DNA of 64,000 nucleotides from Protoeuglena noctilucae (lineage: Eukaryota), in contig OY253672.1 in the NCBI GenBank assembly GCA_958009085.1, forward strand, positions 1,488,001-1,552,000, given 5' to 3'. The notes beneath the pieces are model-generated. The model ran no database searches. It had not been told where the DNA came from and saw only the letters and a list, made by a program, of their open reading frames with translations. This document shows, one piece after another, positions 53,807 through 64,000 of this stretch. The stretch's first letter is position 1. Every line of letters starts with the position of its first letter. The position numbers were made by a program, and so were the translations under genes.

Positions 53807-54209
53807 GTGTCGACGCTCGCGCACTCCCCAGGCCTATTTGCTAGGGCAGCCGTCTCACGGTACGTCTCACAGGCGCCGGGACGAGCAGGGCTGTGGTCTT
53901 GCGTAAGCACATGCACACTCGGGGACCACGGGGAGGCGTTTGTTTCATCACGGGAGCTGCAACCACCAGCGACTGGCGAGAATGTGTTGCCAGTGGCCCA
54001 CGTTCGTGCCGATTTTGCAATGCACACGCTCTTGGGACATGTCATGAACAACTGAATGGTAGCTGCGCATTGTGGCGCGGCCCTGGGCCCCACCCGACGC
54101 TGGCTCAGGGTCTCGCTCTAGACGTCACCCCTCCCCCGATCGCGAGCGAGGTGGCGCAAGGTTTCGACCTAACCCCTGTGTCGCTTATTGACGAGGCTGT
54201 AAGCTAGGC

Positions 54210-55317
54210 ATGGCGGTACCGATGTTCACGCGTGGAGGAGTCGCGGGGGTGGTGGATTTCGTTCCAACGCGGTGCACCTGCCTAGGAACAGCGGGGACAC
54301 TCGCGAAAACATGCCCCGCCGCGAGGACTTTGGCTCGATCAGTAGCGTTGTCGCCGAGCTTCCGGGCCCGGACGCGACTCTCGCGCTTCCAGCAGGCGCA
54401 ATGTCGAGACACGAGCATGCGCTTATCCGCGCGACGGGATGGCTCAGGGGAGGAGGCGAGGAGACTTCCGGATGATGTGGAGCGAACCGGCGCTGAGGGT
54501 GCCCCAAAGCTGCATCGGCTCCGCCTCATCGTGATGCGGCACGCCGAGTCGGTGGAGACGCCCACGATTCGGGACTACGACAAGCCTTTACTCGAGTCCG
54601 GACGGGCGCATGCCTCCAGCGTCGCTGCGCAGCTCGACAAGCTCGGCTGGCACCCGCAACTCGTCCTCTCCTCCGATGCCAAGGCGAGGCGTGTGCAGGG
54701 CTGTGCTGTCCGGCAGCGGCGGCTGCGCTTCAACCTTCGTCTAAACCTCCGTCTTTTCCATCGCCCCCAGCGCTCGAGGGAGACGATCGAGGCGATGCTC
54801 GGTGCCTGCGACTCCCTGCGCCATGCCGCCATCAAGTACTACGGGAGCCTCTACACGATGGCCGCGCTCGACGGGGAATGCCTGGGCCACCTCAAGACAC
54901 TGGTGCGGAGAGCGCTATGACCCCAGAGTGGATGTCATTACAGACTAGACGTGTGTCGGTTGGTCGCCCACTGGGAAGCGTTCTCTGCCAACGCAGTTGC
55001 TGGAGGAGGCGACGGATGCGATGAACACCGTCCTCTGCGTGGGCCACAACAAAGGGTGGGAGGAGGCCGCCAGCACGCTCTCGGGGCAGCCGGTCCGCCT
55101 CAAGAACGCGTGCGCTGCGCTGCTGGAGGTGAGTCGCTCGTGGATGGGCAGTGCGTCAAAGTGCACTGGGCGGGCAGCGAATGCGGATTCAAATCCAACT
55201 ATGGCTCCGTCACCGCCCCCGCAGACGAGAGCCACGTCTTGGGCGGACGCGCTGGGAGGGGACGAGCAGAGGACGTGGGCGCTCGTCAACGTCGTGGGTG
55301 GTGCATCTTCTGCCTGA
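54210..55317 (+). CDS. SixA-like histidine phosphatase superfamily protein with plastid-transit-like N-terminus
   Basis: LIVMRHAES..DYDKPLLESG..GWHPQLVLSSDAK|RSRET..SLYTMAALDG..VLCVGHNKGWEEAASTLSG. Confidence 0.83.
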
Positions 55318-55817
55318 GCCACTTTTGGTACTCCACTCTTTCCCACTTCACCGGACACACGCGTTTTTGTGCGGGAGCCGCCGTCTCGAGCGCCCTTCCT
55401 CGCGGCTCCGGGAGCTCCAGTTTTTGAATCCGCCAGTAGCTGTCAGAGCCAGCCTGCCGCCCGCCGGGCCCTGCTCCCTCGGAAACGCGAAGCACGTCCC
55501 ATTTTAAAGCGACGGGAGGCACGGAGTCAGACGGGGCTGAGATGTCGGCCGTCTAAAGCGCCCACCTGGGCTTGTTTGCGTGCACGAGCAGCGCGTCATG
55601 GCGGGGGTCGCGCAGTACGGGCCGGCGGCTCCGCCGGTCATCAGGTACTCCCCTTACTAGGAATTCACATTCTGCATCGCGTCGCATGGAACCCGGCGCC
55701 TGCCGAGACGTTGTTGAATGTGCCGACCCATTGCGCGTTTTTGCTCGCCCCACCTGCTCTGCACCGGCCCGTTCGGTGCCTTCTGCGTACAGGTATTTCC
55801 AAGCCCCCGGGGACACG

Positions 55818-58800
55818 ATGTCTCTTGCGGATTGGGAGCGCGTCGACGCCGTGGACCTCCGGAGCCTCTTCGGACGCGGGGGCGTCAGCGAGCGCGACCT
55901 GGTGCCGGTAGAGGAGGCCGTTTCGACGATATGCGATCGTGTCATCTACACGGAGGTCCCCGAGGGCACCCCGGCGAACCTCGAGCGCAGCATTCGCCGG
56001 CTCGAGAAGGCGCTTGCGGTGTTGTCCGTCGGGGTCGACCTGCAGAGCCAGCGCTACGACGAGCGGGTCAGGGAAGCGGAGGCGCAGGACCAGGAGAACG
56101 AGGAACTGCGCACGGAGGTCACCCGGTTGCGGCAGCAGGTGAGTTGGACGCCGCAGCAGTTGCCCCTCCGAACCGCCTGCACACGCGCCAGGGAGCGCCG
56201 AGCTGCTCTCGCCCACCCCCGCTGCAGGTCGACGACGGCTTTGAGCGTCGCGTGAATGCCCGGCTCGCGGCCGGGGCGCAGGGTTTGGACACCATGGAGC
56301 TGATGCGCGAGGTGGGGCAGCACGCACGCACTCTCAGCACTGCACCCTGCGGTGCCTCTGCTCTTCGCAGGGTCCGCATTCGACGCCACTGTCTCGTCGC
56401 GCGCTGTTCGCAGAATGAGAATCTCTCGCAAGCCCTCACGGACGCCGACCGTAACCGCGACATCTTGCAAGAGCGCATCGTGCTACTGGAGGACCAACTG
56501 AGGGACAAGACGGCCGAGTGCCAGGTGTGACCCAGGAAGCAATTGCGATTCCGTCTGGCTCATTACAGGCCGTGGGGCTGGCAGGCGCCCCGTCCACCAC
56601 CCCCAGGGTTGGGGTTGTTACCCAACCATGTTGTCGTGTTACTATGGCCCCCATCCCGCCTTTGCTCTGCAGATGATCAGGGATCGGGCGGACTTGCTCC
56701 AGAGGCAGGCGGCGGAGAAGGACGGGGAGCTGCGGGACCTGCGCCTGGAGGTGGACGAGCAGGAGCGGAGGATGCGGGGCGGTCGGGGCAGGACGGGGAC
56801 CAAGGGAGAGCTTGACATCCTGCGTGCCCAGGTGACGCTGCCGTGCTGCAGACATGCCGAGTGCCACGTGCGGGGTTCCACATCTGCCTTAACCAGTTTC
56901 GGACCACACCCACCACCGCCAGGCACGGCCCCATGTCCCCATTCTATGCCACGCTGCCATGCTATGGGGGGCGACGTGCATCAATGCTACCTGACGCACA
57001 GGTCCGCAAGCTGCTTCTGGACAACCACGACTTGGACAAGGTGAATAAGGAACTGAAGACTGCCGAGGTGCGGCTGAAGGGAGAGCTGGACGAGGCGTCG
57101 CGTGCGGTGGTGCAGCTGTCCGAGGGCGAGCGGGAGTGGCAGGCACGCGAGTCGGAGCTCCTTTCTCGTCTCGACGAGGTGAGGGGGTTGGATTGACTGG
57201 CTGGATCGAGTCCACAGTGTTGTTTGGGACCCAACAAGCACAGTTGCGACGTGCGGTGGCGACAGTCGCGACCACGGTCGACCACTGTGTTGCGACTGCC
57301 GGGTAGCAAACACCCTGGCAGAGACACCAGATTGGTGATCCCCGGTCCCTCTCTCGGCCCCACCCCGCAGCTCCAGCAGAAGGTCCAGATGGCCGAGTCG
57401 GACAATCGCGACATGAAGCTGACGGTGGCGGGGTACTTGAAACAGTTCGAGGCCATGGAGGTCACGTTCGAGCGGAATTACCGCATGTGGGAGGCGGAGA
57501 AGCACGCGTTGGAGCAGCAAGTGCAGGCTTTGCAGAACAAGACGAGGCAGCGGGCCACGCGGGACGCCCTGCAGCGGCGCGGCGTGAGCGTCGCGGATGA
57601 CGACGGGGATGAGTCCTTCGACGAGGGGGCCAGCGAGGCGTCGGGTGAGGCAGGGAGACGCAGAATGCGAAATGGCACCTACCGAGCTGTGTTAGTACCT
57701 GGTGCGAGATGGCACTGTTGCCGCATGACGCGAGCTGTCACTGCCTGCGGGAGGGTGCAGGCACGCGCTGGCGGGAGCGAGGGCGCTGGGGCGCCCTCGC
57801 ATGTCGCAAGCTCGTGCTTGCACTGCCGCTGACTGCACCGGTGTGCATATCACATACTCCGCACCACCGGTGCCCATACAACACCCTGCGCCCGCAGTGC
57901 CCGACACCTTGGAGCGCCTCAAAGCGGAGTTGCGCAAGTTCCAGGAGCGTGAGGTGCTGCTGATGGAGGCGTATGAGGAGTTGGAGCGCAACGTGGCCAA
58001 GGAGGTGGACGCGGCGCTGGCCGAGGAGCGCAGGCGCACGGGGGAGGACCAGCTGCGGGCCAAGGTGGCAAGGCGAGTGGGTGTGGGTGTTGTGAGTGTG
58101 TCTGTGTGTGTGTCTGTGCGTGTGTCTGTGTGTGTGTGGTGGGGTGGATGCAGGACCAGCTGCGGGCCAAGGTGGCAAGGCGAGTGGATGTGGGGGGTGG
58201 GGGTGGGGTGGGGTGGGGGGATGGGAGTATAGAAAACCAGCTGCGGGCCAAGGTGGCAAGGCGAGTGGGTGGGGTGGCAGGCAACGAGGGTGGCTTGCCA
58301 GTGCAAGCGGTGGCTGCAAGTGGTGGTTGTGAGCTGGGTAGGGGGAGTGTAGGTTGAGGCGGCTTGCCAGGCGACTTGTCATGAGCGCGTCGAGAACGGT
58401 AAACCAACCCCTCCCCAACCCGCGCCCGCCCTTGCAGGGAGGAGGTGGAGAAGGAGCGCCGCAAGAACCGCGAGCTGGCGGCGGAGGTGTCGAGGGTAGA
58501 GGAGCGGATCAAATATTTAGAAGAGCGCACCAAGGCGTACGAGCGTGGATATGGCATCGAAGACGCGGCCGCTGAGATCGAGAAGTGGCGGCAGGACGCC
58601 GTCGACCGAGACAAGGCATTGGGAGAGGTGACGGAGAGCGGGGGGGGGGTGGACTGGGCGTGAACTGGGCTCGCATGGTGCGACATCTAACCATGTCGAT
58701 GTCACGTGCTCACGGCATGTCATGGATGTGGCTGGGCTCACACTCACATGGTGCTACACCTCGGCACGACGGGGTTGCATGCGCATGCGTGTGCAGTGAT

Positions 58801-61800
58801 GCGCACGGCATGTCCGGGGCGTGGCTTGGCTTGCTGTGCAGGTGCTGGACCGGGCGAATCAGTACTCGGACGCGATCGACGCGCTGTCTGCGGAAAACGA
58901 GGCTCTGCGGAAGAAGGCTGGAGTGCCTGCGGACGCGAGAGTGGACGTGGCGGGCGTGAAGGGGCGTGCGAGGGAGGAGGTCCGGCAGCTGCGGGCGCTG
59001 GTGACGCATCTGGAGACGGAATTGCAGGAGAAGGAAGACGTGGAGATGCGGCTCAGGTGGGGCTGGGGGTGGGGAGTCGATGGCAGGGCGGGGGGGCTAC
59101 ATCAGAGACAGCGTGCGTTTGCTCAGGCCTTGCTCATGCTACCGATTGATTCACCTGAGATACATGTTAGGTGTGTTGCTGATTGATGATAACATACACT
59201 GCCCCTGCTCCCCCGCAGGCACGAGCTGAGGTATCGTGTCAAATGGGGTGGTCGCGAGGCCATGCGCCTGGGGCTGACGGAGATGCAGGTGGTCTACCTG
59301 GAAGAGATCATCGATCAGCTCAAGGGAGACGGGTTCGGCACGACCCCAGGCGAGTGGGCGGCACCTGGGAGGGGCCTGCTGCGTTGCGTGCAATGATGGC
59401 GACATGTGACGGGCACTGCGCTGCTGCCGCACTGCACCGCTGCCGGCGCCGAGGCCAGGCGCAGCTGCGACCCGTCCCGTGTGCCCTCATCTCCCCCGCA
59501 GAGCAGCGCACGATGCAGAAGATGGAGGGCAAGATACGGGACCTGGAGAAGGCGTGTCGGCGTCTGAAACAGATGCTGGCGATGCCAGAGGAGGAGGTGC
59601 ACCTGCTACTGAGGGCCGTGACGTCTCCCGAGTCGGAGATCATCGCTCCGATGGGCCCGGGGGGTGGCGCGGGGGTGCCTGGGGGCCTGGCCACGGCAGA
59701 GCAGCTGCGGGCCTTAGAGCAAGCGCTGTTGCGGGCGAGGGGCGAGCTGCTGGGACAGGGGCAGCAGCACGGGGAGGCCCTGGGGCACCTGGAGAGCGCG
59801 CTGGTGAGCGGGGTAGCCGACGGGCATGCGACTATGCTGCTGCATTGGGGCCCAGGTGGCAAGAGTGGGCAAGTATGTAGGGCAGGGTGCTGTGCTCGAC
59901 CCAGCGTGACGCACCAGCTGTGGCCGCGTTGTTAGATGACCGCCGCGTGCGTGTTGTGTCGCAGGGTGCGGTGTCGGCAGCGCTCGCCGGCCGCCACCCA
60001 CCAACGGAGGGGACGCCCCACGTCACACGCCTATCGTCGCAGCGACATGGGCCCCTGGCGGCAGCTGCGGCAGCTGCGGCGGGGGGAGTTGGCATCGGCG
60101 CGAGTCCCGCCCAGGCAGCTGCCATCTTCGGCAGCCCCGTGGCGCCTGCCGGCATTGTGCCGGCCATCGCGGGACCGGGGACGGGCGCCGTGGCTTTGCG
60201 GGAGATGTTCCGGGAGAAAGCCGAGGAGCTGGCGCGTCTGCAGGCGGAGCTCGCGGAGCGCACCGCGGTTATGCGCGCGATGCAGGGCGAGCGGGACGCC
60301 CTCCGCGCTCGCCTGCGCGGGGAGTTCCGGGGCGGAGAGGGCGCGGGGTTCGTGTCCATCCAGGTGTGCGGGGATGCGAAGCAACACTCGCGTTGCGACA
60401 CTCATGATTCCATTGGCAATGAGATACTCACAACTCCACGTGATGGTCTGCTATCAATGCGTCAATGCACATGGCGGCTTGCTGACCACCCCTGCCACGC
60501 CGCAACTTCGCAGGAGCTGCGGGAGGTGGAGGCGGAGGCGCAGAGCCTCAAGGCCCAGCTGGTGGAGGCTCTGGAGGAGTCGCAGGTCCGGGAGAGGGAG
60601 TTCGCGGCCGCGGAGGAGGAGCTGGAGCGGACGCACGGGGCCCTGCAGGGGATGCTGGACCAGCGAGCGCTCTTGTACCGGGAGTACGCTCGGCTGCGGG
60701 AGCAGCGGGACGCGGAGGCAGCCCGGATGCAGGAGCAGCTGCGCAAGGCAGGGGACGCGCAGGCGGAGCTCAAGGCCGAGAACCAGCAGCTGCAGCGGAC
60801 GCTGGCGGCGCTGCGTCCGGTGAACCCCGACGCGCCGACGGGGGCGGACGTGGCGCGGCTGGCCGAGGAGCTCCACGCCCGCACGCGCGCCCTGGTCAAG
60901 GCCGAGGTGGCCGTCGTGCGGCTGGGCCGGCAGCTGGGCCTCGCGGAGACGGCGGAGGTGTCCCTGAAGCGACGCATGCGCGAGTGCGAGGTGCGGGGAG
61001 CGACCTGTGCTGGGGTGCACGTGCTGGTTGCCGGCTTGCGGGGTGCACCGAATGCGCTCGGGGAACGCCTTTAGCTCAGTTCTGCCACAGGGATCGCATC
61101 GTCACCTGCTGTCCCCTTCGCTGTGGCGACACTGCACTGCCGCGCCCCTCATCCATGCACATTGTCATGCTACGCAACACACCGCGGTGCCCCATGTCGA
61201 CCGCAGGACGAGCTCCGCGAGATGTCCAGCGTCCTCCGCGCCCGCTTGGACCAAGTCACACGGTCGCGGGACGAGTTCTTCCGACGGCTCTGCCACAGCC
61301 AGTCGCAGCTGGACGCCTCCGTGCCTCGCGCCACCTTCACAACAGTGCAGGAGAGGCTGGGGCAGGCCGAGCGGCGGCTGAGGGCTCTCCTGGAGGAGCG
61401 CGCGGATGATCGGACGTCGGAGGGAGAGGCGAGGAGGCTGCTGTACACGGGGGTTTGTGCTGCATGCGCGGTGCTGCTGTTGGGTACAATGTGTGCCCAT
61501 TGTCGTTGCTTTGTGGATGGGGTAACTGCACAGCTGTGCAGCGACTGCTTGGTAGTTAGCAGATGCCTGACTCGCGCCGACCGGGCAGCGGGGCGGCCAG
61601 GGCGAGAGCGGCGTGTGGTCCGACCGCCAACATCTCTCTTTGCGTGTTGACGTGCGCAGGTGGCGCGGCTGCGTGAGGAGTTGGACGCCGCGGACCGTCG
61701 GTGGGCGGAGGCCGCGTCGCGCGCCTCTCGCCTGGAAGAGGTGGCCCGGCAGATGAAGAGCGGGGACGGGGCGACAGCTGCCGTGAATGAGGAATTGGTG

Positions 61801-64000
61801 CGGGCGAGGGTGGAGCTCGAGGCCGCGGGGGCGCGGGTGGACCGGGCCAAGAGGGAGGCGGAGAGCGCGCGCAGGCGAGTGCTTAGTGTTGCTGGGCACG
61901 TGCGCAGGGGCACTCATTCGCTCAGCTCAGCCACCCATGGGCTCAACTTGGGTCACGCTGTGGTGGGATCCTGCGATGGTTGCACTGTAGCTCATGCACA
62001 TCTCGTTCGTCCCTCGCAGGGCGAAGGAGGAGATCGAGTCCAAGATGCGTGCCGTGGAGTCGGACCTGGCTGCCAAGGCGGCGGCGCTTCACGTGGAGCA
62101 GGAGCGGGCGGTGGAGATGGCGCGGAGGCACGAGGCCATGGTCCCAAAGGAGGACGCCGCCAGGGTGGAGGCGAGGGGGGTGGTCGCTGATGTTGTCTGT
62201 TGTTGCACTGATCGCAATCACCGCTTCCTTGGTCTCTATCAACAAACGCACCTTGCTCCCCGTCACCTCTCCGCATCGGTGCCGGTCGCCGCCCACCATG
62301 CATCGACTGCAGTCACGAGTGCTTCTCTCTGTCGCGTGACTGGCCCCGTGCCTCCTTCGCCGCAGGAGCGCGCCCGTTCTGCCGAAGAGGAACTGCGCCG
62401 CGTGGAGGAGCGACTGGTGGTGGTGCAGCGGCAGGCGGACGACGCCCACGCGGCCGCGTCTCAGGCCGAGGTGCAGTCCACCGCCGCCACCGCCGAGCTC
62501 CACCAGCTGCGGGCGGCGGTGCGGGAGATGGCGCAGCGGTCGGACGCATCGATGGCCGTCGCCAGATACACGGAGGAGGTGGTGGGGCTGCGGCAGGAAC
62601 AGGCGCTGCTTCGGTCGCAGCTGACGCGCAGCGAGAGGGACCGGGAGCGCCTCGTCCACGCCAACCTGTCCCTGGAAAGGAGCATCGCGCAGGTGAGGGT
62701 TGAGGAGAGGGTGCTTGGCAGTCGAGGTGTCGACGGCAACCCACAGGGTGTCAACTGCTGACCTATGTCGCTGTCTAAGCGGGGTGTCTAAGCGGAGTAC
62801 TGTCAGTACCTTAGCGGGAGTTGTGACTGTACCCAGAAGGTGAGCCCTGTCGTCACATCATCACTCTCCTTGCCCCGCAGCACATGCACGAGACGGACGC
62901 GCTGCGTGCCAAGCTGGTGGAGACCAAGCAGCGTGCCGTGGGGGCGGAGGCGCGGCTGGCGTCGCTGCGGGCTTCGTCGGTTGAGCCGCACCGCGCGGAG
63001 CGGTGGGCGAGGGCGGCGGCAGACGCGCGCAGGCGGTGCAAGTGGATGGGCGAGGCCATGGACGCTCTGCGCGAGCAGGCGAGGGCGGGGAGCACGATGT
63101 GACATGCGGGATTTGCCTCACGCAGCATCTGCCTTATCCCAAGCAATGCTCACCTTAAGCGCGCTCACACGCTGCAAGCGAACGTGATCCCAAGCAACGC
63201 TCACCTCGCTGCAACCAAGGCTGTCCTGCGTGCTAATCCCGGCCTTACCTCTCCCGCCTGTTCGATCGCAGGTCGTGACGTGGGCGATGCGCGTGGTGGG
63301 CAAGGAAGAGGCGGCGGATGCGGTGCTGTACGCCAAGTCGTTGCAAACAGTGACGGAATCCGAGGCCAAAAAGGAGGCGGTGCGGCTGCGGGAGCAGCTT
63401 GGCCGAGAGAAACTCACCCGGACCAAGGCGGAGAGGCGAGGGGGGTAGGGGAGTGGCACAGCACGTTGCCACAGGGAGGGGCGTAGCACGATGCCGGGAT
63501 GTTTCACAGTGCATGTTGTTGCATAGGCTATAACTTGCTTAGCGCATGCCCTATGCGCGTGCGGCGTCCCTCCTCCGCACACGCTGACACCAGAGCACGT
63601 TCCTGCAGGGAGCGCATGGTGCTGAATCAGAAGGCCGACTTCTTGTCGCACGTGAACGGGGAGCTGGAGGAGCGCATCGAGGAGTTGGAGAAGGGCGCGT
63701 TGGAGGAGTCGGAGTCGCTGGAGAGGGCCCGGGAGGAGGCGCAGGGGCGAGCGGACCGCGCCGACGCCGAGGCCGAGGCACTGAGCCAGGAGGTGGGTGG
63801 GGACATGGGTGGGGACAGGAGCGGCAGCGGGAGCAAGGGATATGTTATATGTTCTATGTGTTTCTTATAAATATTGCATTTTGTCGGATTTGGGTTTTCG
63901 ACAGAAAGTCCCTCCAAGCCACGTGTTGTCTGCAGCAGTCACACGATTCGTGCTGACACCCGCGTGTGTGTGTGTTACCCTTGCAGGTGGTGAAGCTAAA
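55818..64000 (+). CDS. CEP290: Centrosomal/transition-zone protein CEP290, 5' part (continues past the window end)
   Basis: More than 20 coiled-coil exons. Segment AYERGYGIEDAAAEI..RDKALGE|VLDRAN..LSAENEALRKKAGVP..VD..LRALVTHLETELQEKED and ALLYREY resemble the conserved CEP290 core (recognised from memory, not searched). Confidence 0.75.
58045..58271 (+). repeat. Three copies of a ~33-36 nt exon end plus GC donor in CEP290
   Basis: accagctgcgggccaaggtggcaaggcgagtgg at 58048, 58155 and 58236, separated by TG- and G-rich spacers. Confidence 0.95.

Noticed and set aside
58045..58271. CRISPR-like look of three ~35-nt repeats with spacers (also the 29682-29832 triplet)
   Set aside because: The repeats are copies of a eukaryotic exon end, spacers are irregular and low-complexity, and there are no cas genes.

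Overview
GC-rich, gene-dense, intron-containing eukaryotic nuclear DNA, most consistent with a flagellated green alga (granule-bound starch synthase, nucleus-encoded plastid CysW-type permease and KAS III, plus IFT70/TTC30, CCDC146 and CEP290). The standard genetic code fits. By manual splicing I find 20 protein-coding genes, mostly in alternating head-to-head and tail-to-tail orientation: GBSS 3' end, class-3 lipase, Nudix hydrolase, CysW/SULP2, ubiquitin-RPS27a, an unknown Tudor-like protein, HAD-IIA hydrolase, mRNA capping enzyme, sterol isomerase, 6-phosphogluconolactonase, RNA Pol III RPC1 (spanning a 200-N gap), IFT70, MAPK phosphatase, a candidate NWE-motif ciliary protein, KAS III, CCDC146, Vps55, CDC123, a SixA-like phosphatase and the 5' part of CEP290. 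I could not support any RNA gene, CRISPR array or transposase. The unusual biology is in the introns. (1) About 26 introns, roughly a fifth of those I could model, need a GC 5' splice site, mostly (A)G|GCGAG, including two of three introns in ubiquitin-RPS27a. (2) Many longer introns carry 15-55 nt 'echo' copies of their own exon-intron junction, and the reading frame is kept only if the outermost copy is used; this affects 10 junctions in RPC1 alone. All exon boundaries are inferred by eye, without transcript data.
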